From assembly GCA_003614675.1 (NCBI GenBank), contig ML002213.1, positions 1 to 64,000 on the forward strand: a stretch of DNA of 64,000 nt. Direction: 5' to 3'. Each line of letters opens with the position of its first letter. The first letter of the stretch is position 1. Positions 1 through 10,121 of the stretch are shown here, piece by piece. The position numbers and the translations under genes were made by a program. The notes below the pieces were generated by a model. The model did not search any database. It had not been told where the DNA came from and worked only from the letters and a program-made list of their open reading frames with translations. This DNA comes from Dimargaris cristalligena (Eukaryota).

Positions 1-183
1 GGGGGGGGGAAGGGTGGGTTGTACAAGGGGTGATTAGTGGAGCACGGAGGCCATATTGGAAGAGATTTTGCCTCCCCAACAGATAAATACGTTAGTTAAT
101 GAATTACAGAACAGAGCGCTCTATCAATTAATTTTTCGATTTTAACAGTGTCCGATATTATAAATCACAATCAGGCACCTACA

Positions 184-191
<8 letters not shown>

Positions 192-227
<36 letters not shown>
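192..227. repeat. (TA)n microsatellite
   Basis: Perfect TA dinucleotide run. Confidence 0.95.
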
Positions 228-231
<4 letters not shown>

Positions 232-382
232 CGGTAAAGAGAGAAAATCATTTGAAACCCCAGGTCGAAAATCACTCGGCGTATCCTATACATCCCCAAT
301 CCATTCCTTTTAGGCTAGGGTTGGTATAAATAAATGAGGAAAATACTCCAACAGAAAAATATCCGCCAACTAAATTACTTAC

Positions 383-661
383 CTTCAATGACTCATACGG
401 ATGACTATTAATTAGACTAGACAACTGCCTGCATGTTTTAACTAACGAGGACCGCGAATGGCGGTAGGCTTGATCCACAACCAAAGTCAGCAACTCGTTG
501 GGTAACTGAAGCAAGTCCACTGGCTTCTTCAAGCGTTGGGCAGCCGTTTGGGAATCCTGACCCGGTGGGTTGGGTGCCGGGGTGACTCGCTGTACCTGGA
601 TACTCAGGGCAAATAGCCACAGAGCAGTCCAACCCAGGAGACTATAGCGTAGTGTGATCAT
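383..661 (-). CDS. Exon 1 of a putative secreted F-box protein (gene probably continues past the left window edge)
   Basis: ATG at 661 gives MITLRYSLLGWTALWLFALSIQVQRVTP (signal-peptide-like), then LLQLPNELLTLVVDQAYRHSRSSLVKTCRQLSSLIN (F-box-like LPxELL...VxTCR). The 279-nt exon ends at a phase-0 GTAAGT donor (382-377). Branch-like ACTAAC/ACTAAT and a pyrimidine tract lie near positions 1-100, so the next exon is probably outside the window. Confidence 0.6.
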
Positions 662-1817
662 TAGGGAACTGTCGAATAGGGGTTCAATGACTGGGTTGAA
701 TGTAGACTGGGTTCCTTCTACAAGGTGTGAGATAGTAGGCATAAAGCTATATATATATATATAAATAAGAACTAACAGCACAATAGTTATTTTTTTTAAA
801 AAAAAGAGAAGGGGGATCAATGTGGCATTTATAAGGAAACCAGCTAACTAACTAACATGCTAATTGCCGGAAAATATGTATGGCGAGGGACCCGGGGGGT
901 TCCCCATTTTTGTATATAAATTAAAAGTATACATATATATACTAAAGACTGGCATTTCCCTACCGCGCGTTTAGCCTGATCCCCCACCCCCAATGTCCCT
1001 CAAAATCAAATTGAAGAGAGCATACAATACTTAGTCAAGGCCTTTGTATAGTACTCAATAAACCATTCTGCAGCCCAACCACAAGACATGACAGTGGTAC
1101 GCAAAGGCAACACACGGAGGGTTGAGTAACTATCTAGGATACTCATCAGTCTGTACTCCCCCCTCCTATTCACTCCTTTTTATTTCCCCGTGGACCCAAT
1201 AGCTCCAGCCCTGTCGCGCCCCCCTTATCCTATTATACCAACGTGGCCTATTCTTCCTAACGCCGAAGATGTTGAATATCAGACGGTTTAGGATAAGTAC
1301 AGTGGCCAACGCGCCTTCGTTTCCTCCTTCCTCGCGTTCACCGGCCTAGCTTGTCTAATGGGCGTTATAGATCAGACGGGAAGAGGATATCGGCCGTATA
1401 TTTACCACGTACTCTAAAGGAGGCAACCCACCCAGAAATAGACGAGTGAGTCGCTCGGATGGACGCCTAGAATGTAATGTGGGCAGACGCACCTGTACAG
1501 GCCGGATTTGTTACACAGGTAGGTATGACCATGGTAGATTTGGTGCAATGATCATTATTATTATTTAGACCGGCCTCACTCGCTCGTTCTCTCTATTTGT
1601 CCTCTCTCCAACTGGCGCTCCCCTCCCCCTCTTCCTATGTTTGGCTATCCATACAGGGTCACGGCATTCAAGCAAATCTGTCTGTCTTGCTCAGGCGCAT
1701 GAAACGTTATGTCCAGAACTAACATTGTTGGGCGTGGTGAAAGGGAATGTAGAAAAGGCCTAGAGTAACGACGCGAACTCGGTGGCCTATGGGGCTTGAG
1801 TACATTCAGACAAATAA

Positions 1818-1962
1818 ATATGGGGAGAAGTTCATCCAAGCTGCATAACGAAAAATCCATTGAATGGGGCCAATATTACTAGTTAAAAATAAATTTCCCA
1901 TATATTCTCCCATACACGTATAATGTAAACCCTTATATAGTTGGGCTGAATTTCACCCATAT
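1818..1962 (+). mobile_element. MITE-like interspersed repeat, copy 1 (~145 bp, imperfect ~30-bp TIRs)
   Basis: Starts ATATGGGGAGAAGTTCATCCAAGCTGCATAA and ends TTATATAGTTGGGCTGAATTTCACCCATAT (imperfect reverse complement). Aligns end to end with 9037-9180 and the reverse complement of 15276-15418. Confidence 0.8.
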
Positions 1963-2188
1963 GGTGGGTTGCCAATTGGAAGAGTTATTGAATGCCAATC
2001 CCTCTGTGGTTTTTATTTATTGCATTACTCTTGCATTTCCCAATTATTTACTAACTCCTGTTTTATTACATTTTAAAACCCTCCATATAGTACGACACTT
2101 TAAGAGTTGTATATATATATAAGACAGCCCCTTGAACCCGATATACCCTTTGAATCCCCTTTTCTATATATATATCACATCATTAACC

Positions 2189-3214
2189 ATGGGTAATGAC
2201 GGTGGCACCATTCCCCGGCGTTTCGAGATCGTCAAACAAACCGCCAAAGCCACCAAACTCGACGAAAAGACCCTCCGCAAAGCCCTCTTCGCCCATTGCG
2301 CCCTGTCCAAACGTCCCCTCGAGGCCCCCCTAGTCGCCTGCGGCCTAGGTAACCTTTACAACAAGGACGCTATTCTCGAATTCCTACTCCAACCGACCAA
2401 GTACGGCGAAGGCCCGTTTATTTGTCCCCACATTACCTCCCTGAAGGATGTCGCGGACCTCAAGGGAGTGACGTTTAATCCCCATTACCGTGCCCATGCC
2501 CGGACGGTGACGACATCGGTCACCAATACCCAACACCACGACCGCGCCCAACCCAGTCCCCTGCTATGCCCCCTAACGCTAAAGGAATGCAACGGCAGCA
2601 ATCGGTTTGAATTCAACTGGGGCTGCGGGTGTCTTTATGCCCAGAAGGCTCGCCTGGAAATGGGCCAGGAGGCCCCCGGACGGTGCGTGGTGTGCGGCCA
2701 GCCTGCCCCGGAAAACGATATAGTACCGGTGTACCCCAATCGTGACGACGCGGAAGCGGAATGGAACCATTTGGTGAACCGAACTAAGGAACGGGCGGTG
2801 GAACGGCTGGATGCCAAGAAACGGGCCCGTAAGGCGGCCAAGGCGAAGAAAGAGGGTCGGATTTCGCCTACGTCAGTCATGGAAGTCTCGGCTGACGCGG
2901 ATGCGGTAGTGGAGGCGACCGGCAATGATAATGAGAAAAAGCGAAAGTTTGCTACTGCTCCCGTATCAGAATCGCCCCAGGATAGTTCGTCAAATCAAAC
3001 AACTTCGTCCGACACTGCCGAGTCCTCCGACGGTAAAATTTTATCCGCTGATAAACGGGATTTATCAAAGACAACAACCGATTCGAAGAGTGATCACCCG
3101 AAACGGGCCAAACTGATCGACGCTGATCAAGGCCTTGGCTCGCAAAAGATCGCCCCGGCCCGTAGGCCAGCCACCCATTCGAGCCGTGGCATTGCCACAA
3201 AAGCGGTCTATTAA
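2189..3214 (+). CDS. RTF2: Replication termination factor 2 (Rtf2 RING-like protein), 341 aa, intronless
   Basis: Diagnostic N-terminus MGNDGGTIPRR, then CALSKRPL..VACGLGNLYNKDAILEFLL, HITSLKDV, CPLT..NG..RF...WGCGC, CVVCG and a Lys-rich C-terminal half. Confidence 0.93.
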   Translation: MGNDGGTIPRRFEIVKQTAKATKLDEKTLRKALFAHCALSKRPLEAPLVACGLGNLYNKDAILEFLLQPTKYGEGPFICPHITSLKDVADLKGVTFNPHYRAHARTVTTSVTNTQHHDRAQPSPLLCPLTLKECNGSNRFEFNWGCGCLYAQKARLEMGQEAPGRCVVCGQPAPENDIVPVYPNRDDAEAEWNHLVNRTKERAVERLDAKKRARKAAKAKKEGRISPTSVMEVSADADAVVEATGNDNEKKRKFATAPVSESPQDSSSNQTTSSDTAESSDGKILSADKRDLSKTTTDSKSDHPKRAKLIDADQGLGSQKIAPARRPATHSSRGIATKAVY

Positions 3215-3824
3215 ATAAGTCGGTTCGCACTCGGAAGTATATCTGTTACCTAATCCGATCTTCTCTATACTGTAACCTTACCAATTGACCTCCACTTAGT
3301 ACGTCGTGTAAACCTGATGTTAATTACTATACAATTGGCCCTGTGGCTTTATTTTCCTGTATTATTTCCTTGGTGAGCTGACTATATAGCTGTCTAACTC
3401 TATAATTGATTAACGCCCATCGTTGGGCGTATTCGGTCAAAAATAAAGAACAATCGTGTGCAATATGTCTAAGGCTGGGGGGGTTTTAAGTATGGATGCT
3501 GATGCCGGTTGAGGTGGTCGTGGATTACTATTATTCTAGTGAATGAAAGGGATGATCTAGATACTCGGATTACGATGATCCAGTTGGATGCCCCGATGGT
3601 GACGAAGGAATGGTTCACTGTAAGACGCCCCCCTCCCCATTATTATACTTCTCCATTCCCCAAAATGCTAAGTGTGCGTGGGTCGTAGTGCCCAATAAAT
3701 TAACCGAGTCGCTCTAATAGCTAAATTGGATTGGGTAATCAGGATTCCCCTACCTCCTTACTCCGGAATAGGGTTCTTTGGCAGAGTGAACTACTGAATA
3801 AAGACTTCTGCCTAGAATGATACT

Positions 3825-4812
3825 CTAGGGCGAACGCGATTCGTCAGCGTCGAACCGGGCGAGAGACCTAGTTGGCGGGGGTAATATAGGAGGGTACCGT
3901 GAAATGGCCAAACCATATATTAGTAAACAGTAAAGTTCCGTATTATAGGAGAAGAGCTCGCAGGTAGTCTAACCAGAACAGCAACTCAACTGTCGGAATG
4001 TTGAAGTGGGCGAGAAATATCATCATGACCTGTAACTTACTTTAACAACTCCATCTGAACTTCGGAAGTACTCTGGTGTTGGAATGGGATTAAAATGACG
4101 AAGATTAAAAGAGAATAGTGTAAGGCATAAGAACCGGTTAAGGGAGGTGGGCAACGAGTAGGCTCCATAAATGCGCATTATCTAACACAGTGCATTTGGA
4201 TGTATAAAGAGATATAGATGGAGTAGCATATGGCTATTTTCTAGGTAAGTACGCGAGTCTTCTCTATTAGGCATTTACCTTGCCCTGGCTGAGAGCCAAC
4301 ATGGACCGGGACGAATAGGTCATCATGGCTCGATAATCGGCCTCCAGCATTTCCAGTTGATCAAAGTCGATATCGGTGGGTAAACTCCGCACAAACTCCG
4401 TTCCCCAGGGCCGGAAGGGGGTTGAACCGCTCCCATTAGGGCCCAGGGTCTCCGCTGCTGTGGTAGTAGCTGGGCCAGCTGCCAGGGGGGTCTGGGAAGC
4501 AGACTGCCAGGGGAAGGTTGAGGCCTGAATGTAAGTGGCCGATGTAGATGGGGCAATGCTCGGAGGGTCGGAACCCGGGAGCAGGTAGCTGTGGGAGGGG
4601 AAAGTGGTCGTCGAGTCGGCGGCGGTAGTTTCTGGGCGGGGTGGGTGGGGATCGGTGCTGGTGTCGGAGAGGGGTAGAGCTGAGGCTGGGGCTGGGGCTG
4701 GGGCTGGCGACCCTTGCGAGGAAGAAGAGGCGGACCGAATGGGGGATAGGCGGTCGGGATCCGCAGTTGGAGGGTTTTCAAAGTTCGTGGCGAATAATAC
4801 AGGAATATAAAA
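3825..4812 (-). CDS. Hypothetical spliced protein, 3' exons supported and 5' end unresolved
   Basis: Stop-free frame 4812-4279 (...GTEFVRSLPTDIDFDQLEMLEADYRAMMTYSSRSMLALSQGK) ends at a GTAAAT donor. Exon 4072-4041 (CAG|STSEVQMELL-K|GTAAGT) and exon 3867-3825 (TAG|SLARFDADESRSP*, branch TACTAAT near 3920) follow with consistent phases. There is no in-frame ATG near the 5' end. Confidence 0.5.
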
Positions 4813-5798
4813 TTAGACGGCGGCAATGTCTGGGGATTGAATGTGGACTTGTGAGCTGTTTCTCTGGAGTTGGTCGATGATACAGAGGGGGGAGTCTTCA
4901 TGGTACTTTTCGTATAGGTTAGGAGTGAAGGGTTCAGTAGACGAAGCCTTGGAAACACTACAGCTGGACTGAGTCAACAGTGAATCTCCACCCTGGCTTC
5001 TGCCATCAACAACTGCTTACATCAGCTGTGAAGGCTCTGTATTATTGATGGCCAAGGCCAGGGTGTCTCTCTCTTTTTGTTGATTCAGTCGTTACCGTAG
5101 GGCTCACAGAAGCCTACCCTGGCTAATCCCTCGTCTTAAAGTTGGACAAGGTTAATTTTACCAGTCAACCGATCGACCCCATCCCAACCCAGCCCATCAT
5201 GGCAGGGCAGGGCGCTCTTTACTTTATTGAGAGGAACGATTTGTTGAGGGAACCCCGTCGTGGGGTCGCAAACGATGTTGTGGGGCCTACATTGCTGTAG
5301 TGCATGGCAGCCCTTGTGGAGCGTCGAAGAACAGTGCCGTTGCCCACGATCGAAGCCCCCTTCTATCCCTGACCATCTGTGGAGTGTCTCTTCCCACGCC
5401 GTGCCCAGGGGAAGTGCAGGCGCTCCGCCAATTCCAATGGGTACCCTTTCTTCGTACATGCCCATGTGTCCGCTGGCCTACCTTCGTTAAATCCGGTTGA
5501 TATTCCAGCGGAATCTGGCGGGTGCCCTTCCTTCTATTGCCTAGGATGCACAAACTCACCATACCATACGTGTACCCGATTTGAGGAGATATTAATAGGT
5601 GAGAATTGCCCCAGGGGTGTGCAGTAATAGGAGAAGAAACGACGAGTTGGAAATGGAAATGGATTAATAGGGGGGGTGTATTTACTATTGGATATGGAGC
5701 CCACACCAAACGTCGTCGATCCTGTTTTATTTTGGACCAGTGACGGCCCCACGTAAGCCAATCAGGCCTCCAACCGGCAGCCGCCTGGATTGCCTCCT

Positions 5799-5802
<4 letters not shown>

Positions 5803-5831
<29 letters not shown>
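5803..5831. repeat. (CT)n microsatellite
   Basis: Perfect CT run. Confidence 0.95.
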
Positions 5832-5833
<2 letters not shown>

Positions 5834-6668
5834 CCTTCCCTACATACACAAACACCCCCACATCCACAAAAATTTGCCTGACACACGCATACACACCCGC
5901 CCCCCCACACACACATTCACAGAGAGAAACACAGGGAGAAGATGCCCATCGAAGGTCGCCAACCCCCGGAAATGGGATGAGGGGAGGCCTCCCTGCTCTT
6001 GCTCCCTGACGGCCTACCTGAGACGCCGACGGGATGGACCAGAACAATACCATTACAAAAGGTCGATTGTAGAAAAAGAGAAAACCGAAAGGAGAAAGAA
6101 AGGCAAAGAGAATAACAGTGCATACATACACCGTGAAGGGGATTATAGGCTGCCATGACTCCGATTGACCTTGTATGCGCTGTCCAGGGAGAGGGGATCG
6201 CCAGAGGATTACATTCACGGTTTCCCATCCGACATTACCCACTAGGCCCTGTCAGTCTTATATAACCAGCTGGTCTCGCTCCTCTAACTCACTCTGGCTT
6301 CTTTCTCCTCCATCATCTTTGCCTTGCCATTGCCAATGCTAACTAATGCCCCTTTAGCCCTATCTATTCACGAGTCTTACCATCATTATCATTATTACCA
6401 TTATCATCTCCATCTCAGACAGGATCCTTTGTTTCCAAACATACCGATTCCCATTAATGCCCCTCTAAGTTCCCGTATTTTTTTATCCCTTCCGCCGCTA
6501 CTGCTTGCCTAATCCTGCAGTGCCGTACTTGCCCCCTTCTTCCGTACCTTGATTCAACGTTTAGTTGACCTCGTTCGTGGGTCACCCACCAAGTCTTCCA
6601 CGCATTTGTTTGGTTTCTCACTCATACATATCCATACATTCCATTAATTTCGGCCACGGACATTAACA

Positions 6669-7709
6669 ATGCATCAGTTGGCCTCAATCCTGCCCACTGC
6701 ACCACAGTTCCTATCCTTGGCCTTACTACTGGGAGCCACCTTGCTTCCACCCCTGGCCCAAGCGGAGGAGACCTCCAAGGATAACAGTAGTAGTACTAGT
6801 CCCCCCAGTGCCGGTGTTATCGTCGGCATCGTTATTTTATTAATTGTTCTTTCCCTATTCGTGGCCACTGGGATCCTGTACTGGCGCCGTCGGACCGCTT
6901 CACGCCGCCGTATTAATGACATTTCCCAGCCGACCACCACCTTCCACCGTAACGGCCCCCTCGAGGATGGAGTACGGGGCAGTGGTAGTGCCAACAGCAG
7001 CGCCATCATGGATGTGACCGGCTTCCCGCGCCAAACGGTCGAGAAATCCGCCCAGATTCTGGTACCCATTAATACGGACCGGAGGTCGAGTACTCTCTCC
7101 AAAGCCTTCACCTGGTCCCTAGCCAGCCCCAAGGAAAAGCGGGGGAGTGGCTTTAGTTCGATGCGCGACCCGAGAGCGTCCGCCCATAGTGTAGCCGCCG
7201 CTCCCTACCTCCGGGGCGGCACGGGAATGGACACCTTTTTAATGGCCAGCGAAAGTCAAATGGAGACTGGTAGTGACCACTTGACCTCATCGAACACAAA
7301 CATCAATTTCCTCGACAACAGTAGCCAGTACTCATTGGATAAGATCAAGGTCCCCTCACCCATCGTGTTACCCGATGACGTCGGGACTTCCATCTACTCC
7401 CAGCCTTCGCCCCTACCTCTACTACCTTCGCAGCCTAGCACACCGGTCACCCCCACTACGCCGAACACTACCCCAGCCACCTCCACCTCCAACCCTAGCG
7501 CCAATGTCCCTACCACTGTCCCTTCCGCCATTGCGGTCCCTGCTCCTGTAGTGAAAGCCAAAGTGGCGTCTAGCTCGATTAATCCAATGGCCGCCCCGAA
7601 AAGACCGGACTCTTGGCTCAATGAACTTTCCTTCGGTTCCTTCCGACCCCAGACTTTCGTTATTGACCAGCCCGATCCCCTGGCGAACCGCCGGCAGTAC
7701 CTGAGATAA
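6669..7709 (+). CDS. Single-pass type I membrane protein, 346 aa (signal peptide, very short Ser-rich ectodomain, TM, long S/T/P-rich cytoplasmic tail)
   Basis: Hydrophobic leader ending LAQA, then EETSKDNSSSTSPPS, TM AGVIVGIVILLIVLSLFVATGILYW and stop-transfer RRRTASRRR. The architecture resembles fungal Mid2/Skg6-type membrane proteins, but I cannot assign a family. Confidence 0.85.
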   Translation: MHQLASILPTAPQFLSLALLLGATLLPPLAQAEETSKDNSSSTSPPSAGVIVGIVILLIVLSLFVATGILYWRRRTASRRRINDISQPTTTFHRNGPLEDGVRGSGSANSSAIMDVTGFPRQTVEKSAQILVPINTDRRSSTLSKAFTWSLASPKEKRGSGFSSMRDPRASAHSVAAAPYLRGGTGMDTFLMASESQMETGSDHLTSSNTNINFLDNSSQYSLDKIKVPSPIVLPDDVGTSIYSQPSPLPLLPSQPSTPVTPTTPNTTPATSTSNPSANVPTTVPSAIAVPAPVVKAKVASSSINPMAAPKRPDSWLNELSFGSFRPQTFVIDQPDPLANRRQYLR

Positions 7710-9036
7710 ACGTGGAAAGACAACCCTTCTCCCACCCATTCTCTCCAACAGCCGTCCTCAAATGGCTCCGTTGAAGGCTACCGGTTTTCATACCCAACGT
7801 CATGACAACACTTGGCTGTCCAAGCCATTACAGAGCCCCTTACTAGGCATAGTTCAGCTACTCTGCCCATTTTTTTATGATATCAACTACCACTACACCA
7901 CTTCCCTTGCACGCAATATATGTATTCACTGACTTGATCGTTTCTCTCTCTCTTCCTAAACTGGAGTATAAACCCTTTGCAAGCCTTTTGTGCGTATACA
8001 CCCCTTCACTTCATCTGCTACCACTTAAAACCCCCCGCTTTCCGCGGGCTATGACACTATCATCGCAATGGCTTTATGACACCCTAGTTTTCCGCCTCCA
8101 TCGGGCCAAATCTTCAACAGCTGCTTCACTCACCCGATTTGTAATTATACAATATAATAATAAATGCTTCCCCCTTCTACAGTTTCATTCCCTGGTTAAT
8201 AACTTTAAGGCTTGGCCATGCCGGGTATTGCCGCCTGTTATGATACGTAGCGCCATGTACATACGGCGGCGGTACCTGGTTAGAAGTAGGTGAATCGGCC
8301 CAAGTTACTACACTGCTATTATTGTTAATCCGCAACTACTCATGATGATCTTTTCTAGTTTCTTTTCCTTTGATTTTTTTTTTCATTTTGATGATTTATG
8401 CTGGCACTCTGGTCATCATGAGCTCATGGTGAGGAGGGGGTTCAAACAATCCCCTTCCCCCCCCAACACTTTACCCTTTTATAAACCCTCCATATATATA
8501 CACACACACACACACGAGAGACATCTTTTCGTTTTGGTCAATCCCGAAGCAGGACACATAAACCGCCCCTCTAAGCTTTCCTTAACGGGTAATACCATCC
8601 GGGGAGTGTCGGGGAGGGAGGAAGTGTGTACATCCCCATTTAAATGTGATTGCACCTAAAATTTTTGAAGCCGGATAAGAAAATAGAACCGGACCGGATG
8701 GAATGTAATGAAAATGGAATAGGATAAGCCCGATCCCCCGTCGGGCTCGCGCACTCCCCCTTGCCAACAATCATGTATGTCTACTTACCCCTCCCCCTCT
8801 CCTATACCTTCCTTCAACATTACCCTATTGCGATGGCGAGAGGCTTAGGCCATACTAAAAACGCTCCTCATGTATAGTATTCGGATAGCAGCCGCCTCTA
8901 ACAACAACAGGAGTAATCATACTAATAGTAATCGTATCAATAACAATAATGGCCAATTAAGGCTACTTACATACATGAAGAGCCCGGTACAATAGCCTAC
9001 TCAATCCCCTCCTTCCTTTATTTTCTTTCTTTCTCA

Positions 9037-9180
9037 ATATAGGAGAAGTTCATTCAGGCTGTATAATGAAAAATCCATTGGATAAGGCCAATATTACTGG
9101 TTAAAAGTTATTCTCACATATATTCGCCCATACACGTATTGTGTAAAACCTTATACAGCTGGTTTGAATTTCATCCATAT
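9037..9180 (+). mobile_element. MITE-like interspersed repeat, copy 2
   Basis: ATATAGGAGAAGTTCATTCAGGCTGTATAATGAAAAATCCATTG...GGCCAATATTACTGGTTAAAA...CCCATACACGTAT...CCTTATACAGCTGGTTTGAATTTCATCCATAT, colinear with copy 1. Confidence 0.8.
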
Positions 9181-10121
9181 AAATATCAATATCAATGATC
9201 CCTACTGCTACCCAGCTGATCTTCCAACCGTTTATCGGGTTGAACTCTCCCCACTCCACTCTTAACAGTGAAGGGTTTCTTCCTTGTAGTTTACCAAGGC
9301 CCTACACACACTTCCTCTCAGTCCACTACCTGTCGTTCCGGGTAAATCTTCGTCAATGGTGACACCCCTCCTCCCTTCTTCTTTCCTCCGGGTCGGGATA
9401 TTGGGTGGTATGGAGAGTAAACAGCCAGCCACACCAACAAATAACTCCCTTGATTCGCCATCTAGGTATTACACAGAGGCTAGTACAGTGCCCTTCAGTC
9501 ATCAGTGCAATATGAAGGGGATAGGCTTGAATCTATACTGTACTGGATAGAGGGCCCATTGCGTGAATCTTAACTAACTACTGTAAAAATCAAACGCATC
9601 ACGTTCATGGATTGTATGCTGCTCAGGACTGAGGGATGATTTAGATGAATGGAATTTGCTTTGCTTATTGGGATAAGATTATGCGATGTAAAGTCGATGA
9701 GGTACATTGTCATGAGTAGGGTAAGACTCGGTCTAAACCCTTTTGGGTAGCTCTAAGGCGTGTTAAGAAAATAGTACAAAATGGGGCCATATAATATATA
9801 TATATAAACGAACATATAGTGCTTTGGTTATCAAATAGTCCTGAATAATAATGGTATGGGATATTCGAAGGGTAAATGAATGTTTTGTGAGGGTTGGAAG
9901 AGTGCCGCTTCTATCAATTCTTATAATTTCACAAAATAGAGATGGGGAAGTAGGATGTGAAAAAAATAATAAAAAGAGGCGATCTCAAAATACTAGAGAC
10001 TAAGGCCAATTGGTCCAACCATAGAGGAGGGACCTCATCAGGTCTATTTTATAATCGAGAAAATGCACTGGTAAAAATTGTTTCTCGTATAGGTGAGAGT
10101 ACGCCCTCCAAAAATTAATAA

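Noticed and set aside
3830-3890. GGTTCGA T-loop-like motif on the minus strand suggesting a tRNA
   Set aside because: No cloverleaf stems. The site is better explained as the last exon of the hypothetical gene.
5136-6242. Cluster of overlapping 70-210 aa ORFs on both strands
   Set aside because: They translate microsatellites ((CT)n, (CA)n) and promoter-like DNA, and give no coherent protein in any frame.
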